Below are positions 29,411-38,558 of a stretch of 64,000 nucleotides of DNA, in pieces. Source of the DNA: Alphaproteobacteria bacterium (GTDB lineage Bacteria > Pseudomonadota > Alphaproteobacteria > UBA828); assembly GCA_965214705.1 (NCBI GenBank), contig CBDCCI010000002.1, positions 1,536,001 to 1,600,000 on the forward strand, given 5' to 3'. Numbering within the stretch: position 1 is the stretch's first letter; the number at the start of each line of letters is the position of its first letter. A program made the translations under genes and the position numbers. Under the pieces are notes generated by a model that made no database searches, was not told where the DNA came from, and was given only the letters and a program-made list of their open reading frames with translations.

Positions 29411-30757
29411 ATGTCCAACGACGCCGAAGCTGCGCTGCTCGATCGAGACAACGCGCACCTGCTCCATCCGCTGCACAGCCATGCCGTCCATGCCACCGGC
29501 AAGGTCTGGGTCGGCGGGGAAGGGGCCTTCCTCGTCGATGCGAACGGGGATCGCTACATCGACGGTCTCTCCGGCCTCTGGAACAACACCGCCGGCAACG
29601 GCTGCCGTGAGCTGGTCGAGGCCGGGAGCAAGCAGCTCGCCGAGATGGCCTATGCGTCCGGCTATTCCGGCAGCACCAACCCGCGCGCCATCGAGCTTGC
29701 CGAAAAGCTCGCCCGGATCACCTACCCGAATATCAACCACTTCTTCTTCACGTCGGGCGGCGGCGAGGCGACCGACAGCAACATCAAGATGGCCCGCTAC
29801 TACTGGAAGCTGAAGGGCCAGCCGGAGAAGACCAAGGTCATCTCCCGCATCTGGGGCTATCACGGGGTCACGCTCGCGGCCATGTGCGCGACGGGCATGA
29901 GCATCTACTGGCCGAGTTTCGAGCCGCGCATGCCGGGCTTCGTCCATATCCCGAGCCCCTATCCCTATCGCTACGAGGCGCCGGAGGGCGCGGAGAGCCA
30001 GGGCATCGCCGCAGCCGATGAGCTCGAGAAAGCCATCCTCGCCGAGGGGCCTGAGACGGTGGCGATGTTCATTGCCGAGCCGGTGCAGGGCGGCGGCGGC
30101 GTGATCCCGCCTCAGCCCGACTACTTCCCGCGCATACGCGAGATCTGCACCAAGTACGACGTGCTGATGGTCTCGGACGAGGTGATTACCGGGTTCGGCC
30201 GCACCGGCAAGATGTTCGGCCTGCAGCACTGGGACGTCGAGCCCGACATGATCCAGTACGCCAAGGCCATTACCTCGGGCTACTTCTCACTCGGCGGCAT
30301 CGGGATCAGCGACGAGATCGCCAACACGATGCACGAGAGCGGCAAGCCCTGGATGCACGCCTACACCTACAGCGCACATCCCACCGGATGTGCCATCGGC
30401 TGCGCCATGATGGACCTGATCGAGCGGGAGGATTTCCCCGGTCAGGCCGCGGCGAAGGGCAAGCGCCTGCTGGTTGGCCTCAAGGACGCGCTCGCCGATC
30501 ATCCCAACGTCGGCGATATCCGCGGCCTCGGACTCATGTGCGCCGTGGAGTACGTGAAGGATCGGGCGACCAAGGAGAGCTTCGATCCCGCCGACGGCAT
30601 CGCCGCGAAGATCAACGCCGAGGCGGTGGCGCGCGGGCTCTTCAGCCGCTCCCGGCCGGACGTTTTCATGGTTGCGCCGCCGATCATCATCGACGACGAG
30701 ACCATCGATCAAATGGTAGAGATCACCGCCGAGTCGACGCGGGCGGTCCTTGGCTGA
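29411..30757 (+). CDS. Class III aminotransferase (omega-amino acid/putrescine type)
   Basis: YIDGLSGLW, YHGVT, AEPVQG, DEVITGFGRTG, YAKAITSGY, HAYTYSAHP. Confidence 0.9.
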   Translation: MSNDAEAALLDRDNAHLLHPLHSHAVHATGKVWVGGEGAFLVDANGDRYIDGLSGLWNNTAGNGCRELVEAGSKQLAEMAYASGYSGSTNPRAIELAEKLARITYPNINHFFFTSGGGEATDSNIKMARYYWKLKGQPEKTKVISRIWGYHGVTLAAMCATGMSIYWPSFEPRMPGFVHIPSPYPYRYEAPEGAESQGIAAADELEKAILAEGPETVAMFIAEPVQGGGGVIPPQPDYFPRIREICTKYDVLMVSDEVITGFGRTGKMFGLQHWDVEPDMIQYAKAITSGYFSLGGIGISDEIANTMHESGKPWMHAYTYSAHPTGCAIGCAMMDLIEREDFPGQAAAKGKRLLVGLKDALADHPNVGDIRGLGLMCAVEYVKDRATKESFDPADGIAAKINAEAVARGLFSRSRPDVFMVAPPIIIDDETIDQMVEITAESTRAVLG

Positions 30758-32099
30758 GAGCGGCACGCAGGCCGCGCTGGGGGAGGATCGTCCGGCGCCA
30801 CGGCCGCCCATAGACTGGGAGGCGCCCGAATTCCTGGACGCGAGCGCGCTCGATGACGAGCTGCGCCGCGTCGCGGGCGTCTGTCATACCTGCCGCCGCT
30901 GCGAGGATCTCTGCGAGAGTTTTCCGCGACTCTTCGATCTGATCGACAGCGCGGGCAGCGTCGAGGCGGTCAAGAGCGCCGACTTCGAGAGCGTGGGCGC
31001 GGCCTGCACGCTCTGCGACATGTGCTACCCGGTCTGCCCCTACACGCCGCCGCACGTGCACGCGGTCGATTTCCCCGCGCTGATGATCCGCCAGCGGGCG
31101 CATGCCAAGAGCAAGGTGGGCCTCTTCGAGCGCGCATTGGGTTTGACCGACCGCAATGGCCGGCTGTTCGGCGCCATCGCTCCGCTCGCCAACTGGGCGG
31201 CGCGCCGGGGCAACCGGCTGACCCGGTCGCTCATGGAAGCGTTCGCCGGCATTCACCGCGATGCGGTGCTGCCACGCTTCCATGCCCGCAGCTTCAGCCG
31301 GCAGGCCGCCACACGCCCCCCGACCGTCGCCGCGAACGCGCCGGCCGCCGGCCGCAAGGCCGTGCTCTACGCCACCTGCTTCGTCGAGTACAACAATCCG
31401 GGAATCGGCCGAGCAGCCCAGGGCGTGCTGGCGAAGAACGGCGTCGAGACCAAGATCGTCTACGACACATGCTGCGGGATGCCGCAATTGGAGCGCGGCG
31501 ATATCGCGGAGGTTTGCCGCCGCGCCCGGCGAGTCGCCAAGGCGCTCATCCCTTGGATCGACCGAGGCTGGGATGTTATCGCGCCGGTTCCCTCCTGCGC
31601 GCTGATGATGAAAACGACGTGGCCCCAGTGCCTGCCAGACGATCCGGCGGTGGCGCGCCTCGCGGAGCACACGAGCGATATCTCCGAGTACGTCGTGGGC
31701 ATCGCTCGCAGCGAGGGGCTCGCCGACGGGCTGGCACCGCTCGACGGCGATGTCGCCCTCCACCAGGCCTGTCACGCCAGGGCCCAAGATATCGGCGCCA
31801 AGGCCGCGGTCATGCTGCGCATGATCCCGAAGAGCAATGTGCTGATGATGCAGCGTTGCGCCGGACACGGCGGCACCTGGGGCGTCATGAAGCGGAACTT
31901 CGAGATCGGCATGAAGGTCGGCGAGCCGGTCATCCAGCAGGCGGCCGAAAGCGGCCGCGCTTACCTCGCCTCCGAGTGTCCGCTTGCCGGCGACCACATC
32001 GTGCAGGGGATGGAGCGCCTGGATGCGGGCCGCGCCCGTGCGAAGCGCGCCCACCACCCGATCGAATTGCTGGCCAAGAGCTATGGCATCGACGCCTGA
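30750..32099 (+). CDS. GlpC/heterodisulfide-reductase-like Fe-S oxidoreductase (CCG domains)
   Basis: CHTCRRC..LC, CTLCDMCYPVCPY, CCGMP, CHARAQ, RCAGHGG, SECPLA. Confidence 0.88.
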   Translation: MAESGTQAALGEDRPAPRPPIDWEAPEFLDASALDDELRRVAGVCHTCRRCEDLCESFPRLFDLIDSAGSVEAVKSADFESVGAACTLCDMCYPVCPYTPPHVHAVDFPALMIRQRAHAKSKVGLFERALGLTDRNGRLFGAIAPLANWAARRGNRLTRSLMEAFAGIHRDAVLPRFHARSFSRQAATRPPTVAANAPAAGRKAVLYATCFVEYNNPGIGRAAQGVLAKNGVETKIVYDTCCGMPQLERGDIAEVCRRARRVAKALIPWIDRGWDVIAPVPSCALMMKTTWPQCLPDDPAVARLAEHTSDISEYVVGIARSEGLADGLAPLDGDVALHQACHARAQDIGAKAAVMLRMIPKSNVLMMQRCAGHGGTWGVMKRNFEIGMKVGEPVIQQAAESGRAYLASECPLAGDHIVQGMERLDAGRARAKRAHHPIELLAKSYGIDA

Positions 32100-32514
32100 C
32101 CGCGCGCTCGACGCGCACGCGACCGAGACACTGGCCGCGATGGCGCGCGTGCTCTATCCCCACGACTTCCTGGACGACTCACCCTATCGCCAGGTGGTCG
32201 ACATCGTGGCCGGGGAGGCGGATGCCGCGCAGCGCACGCTGCTGGCAGAGGGCGTCGCGGTACTGGATGGGGCCTCGGACCGTCCGTTCCTCACGCTCGC
32301 GGAGGGGGAGCGGCTCGCGGCAGTCCAGGCGATCGAGCGCACTCCCTTTTTCGAGACCATGCGCGCGGCCACGGCGCGCCACCTCTATTCCAATCCGGCA
32401 GTGTGGCCCCACTTCGGCTATGAGGGGCCGTCCCACCATCGCGGCGGTTACATCGATCGCGGCTTCGACGATATCGACTGGATTTCCGAAGAGGACGTGA
32501 GGGTGGACGAATGA
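32083..32514 (+). CDS. Gluconate-2-dehydrogenase subunit 3-like partner protein
   Basis: LYPHD, LYSNPAVWPHFGYEG....GGYIDRGFDDIDW; coupled to GMC gene. Confidence 0.8.
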   Translation: MASTPDRALDAHATETLAAMARVLYPHDFLDDSPYRQVVDIVAGEADAAQRTLLAEGVAVLDGASDRPFLTLAEGERLAAVQAIERTPFFETMRAATARHLYSNPAVWPHFGYEGPSHHRGGYIDRGFDDIDWISEEDVRVDE

Positions 32515-34115
32515 TTGCGCCTCACCGCGACGACGACGATATCCCTGCCGTCACCTACGACCTGGACGACGACAGCGTCGTCGTGATCATCGGCTCCGGC
32601 GCCGGTGGCGGCACCATGGCCGATGAGCTGACCCGGCGGGGCATCGACGTGGTTCTGCTGGAGGCCGGCCCGCGCTTCAAGACGAGCGACTTCGTCAACG
32701 ACGAGTGGGCGATGAACGACCTTCTCACCTGGAAGGACAAGCGCGACTGCACCGGCGGCGCGCCCGTCGCCCGTGACTACCCCACTGCGCCCACCTGGAC
32801 CTGCAAGGCCCTGGGCGGCACCACTCTCCACTGGACTTCCATGTGCCCGCGTCCCGAGGACTACGAGTTCAAGGTACGCACGACTTACAGCGACATGGAC
32901 GGCGCCGCCTTGGAGGACTGGCCGCTCGACAATGAGGAGATGGAGCCCTTCTACCGCGAGGCCGAGATCAAGATGGGCGTCACCGGGCGGAACGGGATCC
33001 CGTTTCACCGATCCTCCAACGCAGTCCGGGTCATGTCCCTCGGCGCGAAGCGCATGGGCTACCGAGACTTCGGCCCCAACAACTTGGCGGTCAACCCGCT
33101 GCCCCGCGACGGCCGCAACGCTTGCGACCAGATCGGCTTCTGCATTCAGGGCTGCCGCTCCGGCGGCAAGTGGTCCACCTTCGTCTCCGAGCTGCCGCGC
33201 GCCGAAGCCACGGGGCGCTGCGAGATTCGCACCCGCTGCATGGTGCTCCGCATCGAGCATGACGAGCGCGGCCGCATCAGCGGCGTCCTCTACGCCGACG
33301 CCGTGGGAGACCATCACTTCCAGAAGGCGCGGCTGGTCTGCGTCGCGGCAAATTCGATCGAGACCACGCGGCTGCTGCTCAACTCCGAGTCAAGCGCGTG
33401 GCCCGACGGGCTCGCCAACTGCTCGGGCATGCTCGGCAAGCACTACATGCGCCACGTGACCGCCTACATGTACGCCGAGTTCCCAAGGCCGGTGCGCATG
33501 TACCGCGGCCTGGTCGCCGCGGGGGTCATTCGCGACGAAGCCCGGCTCGATACCACACGCGGCTTTGCCGGCGGCTACTACTATGGCTCCATCGGCCTCG
33601 GCCTGCCTTTCTACGCGGCGTTCCTGAGTCCGGGGCGCTGGGGCGCCGACTACGCGAGCTGGATCGAGGCCTATGAGCGCGTCGCGGGCCTGTTCGTGAA
33701 CGGCGAGGACATGCCCATCGCCACCAACCGGGTGACGCTCCATCCCACCGAGAAGGACCAGCACGGGCTGCCGATCCCCCGTCTCAACCTCGACGATCAT
33801 CCTAACGATCTGGCGATGAAGCGCCACGCCTACCGCAACGGGATCGCCATGTTGGAGGCGGCCGGCGCGCTCCGCGTCTTCTGCTCGCCGCCGCTGCCTG
33901 TCTCCCACAATCTCGGCACCTGCCGCATGAGCGAGGATCCCGACGCCGGCGTGGTCGACCGCTGGGGCCGGAGCCACGAGATCCCCAACCTCTTCATCTC
34001 CGACGGCAGCCAGTTCACCTCGTCGCTGGCGGGCAATCCCACGCTCACCATCGTCACCCTCGCCATCCGCCAGGCGGGCTACATCGCCCGACAGATGAGC
34101 CGCGGCGAGCTCTGA
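32511..34115 (+). CDS. GMC family FAD oxidoreductase
   Basis: IIGSGAGGG, LGGTTLHW, CDQIGFCIQGC, HNLGTCRM, NPTLTI. Confidence 0.9.
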   Translation: MIAPHRDDDDIPAVTYDLDDDSVVVIIGSGAGGGTMADELTRRGIDVVLLEAGPRFKTSDFVNDEWAMNDLLTWKDKRDCTGGAPVARDYPTAPTWTCKALGGTTLHWTSMCPRPEDYEFKVRTTYSDMDGAALEDWPLDNEEMEPFYREAEIKMGVTGRNGIPFHRSSNAVRVMSLGAKRMGYRDFGPNNLAVNPLPRDGRNACDQIGFCIQGCRSGGKWSTFVSELPRAEATGRCEIRTRCMVLRIEHDERGRISGVLYADAVGDHHFQKARLVCVAANSIETTRLLLNSESSAWPDGLANCSGMLGKHYMRHVTAYMYAEFPRPVRMYRGLVAAGVIRDEARLDTTRGFAGGYYYGSIGLGLPFYAAFLSPGRWGADYASWIEAYERVAGLFVNGEDMPIATNRVTLHPTEKDQHGLPIPRLNLDDHPNDLAMKRHAYRNGIAMLEAAGALRVFCSPPLPVSHNLGTCRMSEDPDAGVVDRWGRSHEIPNLFISDGSQFTSSLAGNPTLTIVTLAIRQAGYIARQMSRGEL

Positions 34116-34189
34116 TCTGCCGCCCCCGGTCCGGTTTCGCCTATCGAGCGATCCCGGCACCCGAGCCAGACGAATCATGGGAGGAAGAC

Positions 34190-34588
34190 ATGGCAACTCT
34201 GCCGATGGTCGACTACGACGACGCTCCGCCGGAGGTCCGCGCGGTCTACGACGACATCATGGAGACCCGCAAGACCGACTGGATCAACAACTTCTGGAAG
34301 GTGCTGGCCAACGATCCGCCGACTCTCGCGCGCACCTGGAACAGCATCAAGGAGGTGATGGCGCCCGGCGCCCTCGATCCGCTCACCAAGGAGCTGATCT
34401 ACGTCGCGGTGAGTGCCACCAACGGCTGCGAGTACTGCATCCGCTCCCACACCGCAGGTGCGCGGCGGCAGGGGATGACCGATGCCATGCTGGCCGAGCT
34501 GATGGCGGTGGTGGGCATGGCGAACGAAACCAACGCGCTCGCCAACGGCTACGCCGTCGACGTCGACGCGGCGTTTCTGAAGAAGTAG
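34190..34588 (+). CDS. Carboxymuconolactone decarboxylase / AhpD family protein
   Basis: KELIYVAVSATNGCEYCIRSH. Confidence 0.88.
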   Translation: MATLPMVDYDDAPPEVRAVYDDIMETRKTDWINNFWKVLANDPPTLARTWNSIKEVMAPGALDPLTKELIYVAVSATNGCEYCIRSHTAGARRQGMTDAMLAELMAVVGMANETNALANGYAVDVDAAFLKK

Positions 34589-34673
34589 GAGGAGCGGCGC
34601 CTGCGCACCCTGCCCACATCCCCACGGGCGCAGCAGCAACAGGAAGATCGATTCAAGAGGATTCTGGCGGCCT

Positions 34674-34891
34674 GAACATCAACCCGAATACACCTCAGCC
34701 CAGCCGTCAGGCTGTCCGAAAAGGCGAGGCCACCTCACTCTTTCTCAGGCTGCCATCCCCGAGTGGTGCGCCCGACGCGGTTGAACATCAACCCGAATAC
34801 ACCTCAGCCCAGCCGTCAGGCTGTCCGAAAAGGCGAGGCCACCTCACTCTTTCTCAGGCTGCCATCCCCGAGTGGTGCGCCCGACGCGGTT
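34674..34891. repeat. Exact 109-bp tandem duplication (2 units)
   Basis: GAACATCAACCCG...CCCGACGCGGTT at 34674-34782 repeated at 34783-34891. Confidence 0.95.
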
Positions 34892-35166
34892 AGCGCCGGG
34901 TTCATTCCTGGTTGTTGATATATTGGAAACGACGGTGAACAATTGCTCGATTGTTGAATAATTCGGAATTGAACTTCTCATAAAATCGCTTGTCCTGTTG
35001 CCATCCGATCATGCACCAATTGTCCGCTGTGCGCATACGATCCGATGCCTCCATGTTCGAGCGGCTTGGGCACCCCACAGAGCTTGCATCAATTCCGTTG
35101 CCGACGACTTCACGGGTTCTTCCGGGTGGCGTGATTTCGGCTGGGGCGGGCGCAGGGTAGTTGCCG

Positions 35167-35891
35167 ATGCCTTCCAGGTACCGCGATATCGCCTTTGGTC
35201 CCGTAAGCACCCGGGTGAGTCGAGCCGTGGGCCGTTTCTTCGTCGGCACCCGCGCGGGGGCCACATCCATCGTTACGGCAGCGGTCGCGGTGATGTCGGT
35301 CGCAGGCTTTGCGTTTGTCACCGACCACATCTGGCTGATCGATCAGCGCGACGTGCTCAAGAACGCCGCCGATGCAGCTGCGATCGCTGCCACGCAGGAG
35401 ATGAATCGCCGGCTTATCCCCACTCCGGACATGAGCGAGGACGATCTGAAGACTGCCATTGCCCCCGTGGCGGAAAACTACATCAAGCTGAATCTCGCCT
35501 ATCTGCCGACTGACCGTCTCACCCGAGCCGAAGAGACGCTCACGGTGGCCGTCACGCCCGATCGCAACCTGGGCACGGTGGATGTGGCGACGACGGCGGA
35601 CCTCGGCGGCACGCTGTTCTCCCGGCATCTGCCGATCCTCAGCAACTACAAAGGGCCTGCAAAGGTCGGCATCCGTGCCGGCGTCGAGACCAGGGTGACA
35701 CCCGTCGAGGCCGTGCTCGCCATCGACGTGAGCATATCCATGCTAGCCAAGCTGGACGGAGGATTTCCGGACAAGGATATGAATGAGAAGAGCCGCATGG
35801 ACATCGTCAAGGACGCGGCCAAGGCACTCGTCAACATCCTCCGGCCCAACGAGCACAACCGCGTCGCGATCGGCGTCGTGCCGTGGCACTT
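35167..35891 (+). pseudogene. TadG-like pilus-associated vWA protein, 5' part (interrupted)
   Basis: Pilin-like GATSIV hydrophobic helix, LKNAADAAAIA, vWA MIDAS DVSISM, IGVVPWH then element junction; start codon uncertain. Confidence 0.8.
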
Positions 35892-36120
35892 GAACGAAGC
35901 CGCTACGCGGAGTTAGCGGCGTAGAGTTCATTCATTTCCGAGGCGTCGCGGGTGCCGTTTGTTCTGTGCGTTCGCTTCCCGGTTGCGTCAGTGGCGCTCC
36001 GCCCGTCGGGTGGCGGATCCCCAGCAGCCTCCCGATCACCAGTGGTTAGCATCGACCCCTGCGACGGACCGTCGCCGGATCGGTCCGGCGGCGCGCCGTC
36101 GCGATCCAGGGAGATCGATA

Positions 36121-36999
36121 ATGACCGGGACCGCGTGCGACACGAACACCGTCACCCCTCTTCGCCAGCGCATGGAGGAGCAGCTCCGCATCGCCAATCT
36201 GGCCGCGAGCACGTCCAAGGCCTACATCTGCGAGATCAAGAACCTGGCCAGGTACTACGACGCCTCGCCGGACGAGCTCGACGCCGAGCAGGTGCGCCAG
36301 TGGTACCTGGGGCGGATCGACAAGGGGCTCAGTCCGGGCACGACCAACGTCTCCTTCGCCGCGCTGAACTTCCTCTACATCGACACACTCGGCTGGCCTG
36401 ACCATGTCGCCGGCCTGCGCTCCCGCAAGAAGCCCGGCAAGCTGCCGCGCTACATGTCGGAGCAGGAGGTCGAGCACCTCATCCTTGCGACACCCGACCT
36501 CCGCCACCGTGCTGCCATTGTCACCGGCTATGGCGGCGGGCTCCGCATCTCCGAGACCTTGGCCATCAAGGTCGGCGACATCCTGTCGGAGAAGAAGCTG
36601 CTGCACATCCCCTCCGGCAAAGGCGGCACCGAGAGAATGGCACCGTTGCCGGACATCGTCATCCACTACTTGCGCGTCTACTACAGGAACATCTGGCCGC
36701 GTCCGACGAGCTGGCTCTTCTACGGCGTCTCGCTCGACAGGCCCATCGCAACGGAGACCTTGCAGGCCGCCTTCAGGAGGGCGCGCGACATTGCCGAGCT
36801 CGACCGCAGCTACACCTTCCATTGCCTGCGCCATTCGGCGGCGACCCATCTCCTCGAGCGCGGCGGCGATATCGAGGTGATCCGGGACATGCTCGGCCAT
36901 CGAAGCGCGAACACGACCCGTCACTACGCCCGCGTCACCGGCAAGATGTTCGAGGGCCTCGACCACCCGATCTCAGGCTTCGCAGCGTTGCGCAACTGA
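36121..36999 (+). CDS. Tyrosine recombinase / integrase
   Basis: Same protein as 17512-18390. Confidence 0.92.
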   Translation: MTGTACDTNTVTPLRQRMEEQLRIANLAASTSKAYICEIKNLARYYDASPDELDAEQVRQWYLGRIDKGLSPGTTNVSFAALNFLYIDTLGWPDHVAGLRSRKKPGKLPRYMSEQEVEHLILATPDLRHRAAIVTGYGGGLRISETLAIKVGDILSEKKLLHIPSGKGGTERMAPLPDIVIHYLRVYYRNIWPRPTSWLFYGVSLDRPIATETLQAAFRRARDIAELDRSYTFHCLRHSAATHLLERGGDIEVIRDMLGHRSANTTRHYARVTGKMFEGLDHPISGFAALRN

Positions 37000-37005
37000 C
37001 GGCGC

Positions 37006-38247
37006 GTGGAGGCCGAACGCGCGGGCGTGGCGGAGATCTTCCGCCGCGCCGGCGCCGCTTTCCGTGAGCGCCACAAAGGGCGCATCGACGCCGCCCGGCT
37101 CAAGGTCATGGGCGCCATCGAGGCGTGCCGCACCGCCGTGCTCGGCGGCCACATGTACGCCTGCGAGGGCTGCGGGCGCGAGCATCCGCTCTTCAACTCC
37201 TGCCGCAACCGCCACTGCCCCACCTGCCAGGGTCTCGCCGCCAACCTCTGGAGCGAGGAGCGCGCCGGGGACATCCTGCCGGTGCCCTACTTCCATGTGG
37301 TCTTCACCCTGCCCAAGGAGGTTGCCGCCATTGCCTTCTGCAACCGCAGGGTGGTGTTCGACATCCTCTTCCGGGCCGTCGCCGAGACCCTGCGCACCAT
37401 CGCCGCCGATCCCCGCCACGGCGGCATGCGCATCGGCGGCACCGCGGTCCTCCATACCTGGGATCAGAAGCTCCGCTTCCACCCGCACCTGCACGTGGTC
37501 GTGCCCAACGCGGGCTTCGACGTAGACAGTGGCGAGTGGAAGACGGGGAGCACCACCTTCCTCGCCCCCGTCAAGGTCCTCGGCAGCCTGTTCCGCCGCC
37601 TCTTCCTCGAGGAGCTCGCCCGCGCCCACGGCCGGGGGGACCTGGAGTTCCACGGCACCGTCGCCCACCTCGCCAATCCCGGCGAGTTCCACGCCACGCT
37701 TGCCGCCGCCCGGGCCAGGGACTGGGTGGTCTACGCCAAGCGGCCCTTCCGCGGGCCTGAGCAGGTCTTCCGGTACCTCTCGCACTACACGCACAGGATC
37801 GCCATCTCCGACAGCCGCATCGTCTCCTTCGACGGCGAGACGGTCTCCTTCCGCCACCGAAAGCCCAAGGCGCCGGGGCAGAGAAAGCCGCGCTACGGCA
37901 TCGCCACCGTGAGCGCCGACGAGTTCATCCGCCGCTTCCTGAGGCACGTCCTGCCGGACGGCATGCACCGCATTCGCTACTTCGGCATCCTCGCCAACGG
38001 CTGCCGCGCCAGCACGCTGGAGAGAGCACGCCAGGCTCTCGGCGCCCTCGGCTGCGCCGCCCCCGAGGGAAGCGTGGACGGCGCTCGGGCCGAGCCCGAC
38101 GAAGAGCCCGAGATCGGCACCGCGCCCGTGGCCTGCCCCCACTGCGGCGGCGTCATGCGCCTCGTCCGCGAAATCCGCCGCCGCCATGAGCCCCGCTCGA
38201 CGCGCGGCCCGCCGGCGCTGCCGCCGACCCACAGGGGGAAACCGTGA
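37006..38247 (+). CDS. IS91-family HUH/Y2 transposase
   Basis: Same as 18397-19638 except one L/V change. Confidence 0.93.
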   Translation: MEAERAGVAEIFRRAGAAFRERHKGRIDAARLKVMGAIEACRTAVLGGHMYACEGCGREHPLFNSCRNRHCPTCQGLAANLWSEERAGDILPVPYFHVVFTLPKEVAAIAFCNRRVVFDILFRAVAETLRTIAADPRHGGMRIGGTAVLHTWDQKLRFHPHLHVVVPNAGFDVDSGEWKTGSTTFLAPVKVLGSLFRRLFLEELARAHGRGDLEFHGTVAHLANPGEFHATLAAARARDWVVYAKRPFRGPEQVFRYLSHYTHRIAISDSRIVSFDGETVSFRHRKPKAPGQRKPRYGIATVSADEFIRRFLRHVLPDGMHRIRYFGILANGCRASTLERARQALGALGCAAPEGSVDGARAEPDEEPEIGTAPVACPHCGGVMRLVREIRRRHEPRSTRGPPALPPTHRGKP

Positions 38248-38558
38248 GACGCCCGCTCGCTTCGGCCCCGCGCAACGGCGCCAAAGCGCCGACGCACGAC
38301 CGAACCTGTCTCCGCTTGAGCCGGGCTGACAGCCCTCGGCTCACACCCCGCTCAGTCCTCGCAGCGTGCGCCCGCATGCCTGCCGAAAGACCGGCGCGAG
38401 CGTCGATTTTATGCGCAACTCTGCTGCCGGTGGATGCCGCCTGACGCTGACATCAGCGCACTTTCCACATAGCTCAACTTCGCCTCTCGTGGCCCGCGGC
38501 TTCGTTCAAAAGGGTTGGGCAGGCTCTCGAGAGAGAGCCTGCCCAACCCTTAACCTTT

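Larger units (their letters stand above)
35892..38556 (+). mobile_element. Tyrosine-recombinase + IS91-type transposase element, copy 2 (uninterrupted, 2665 bp)
   Basis: Begins TT|GAACGAAGCCGC, ends CCCTTAACCT|TT; 14-bp IR 35890-35903 / 38496-38509; hairpin 38510-38551. Confidence 0.93.

Noticed and set aside
34674-34891. Possible CRISPR array
   Set aside because: Two contiguous 109-bp units, no spacers, no cas genes.
34177-34893. 238-aa ORF running through the tandem repeat
   Set aside because: Alternative frame of the AhpD-like gene; the 109-bp unit is not a multiple of 3.
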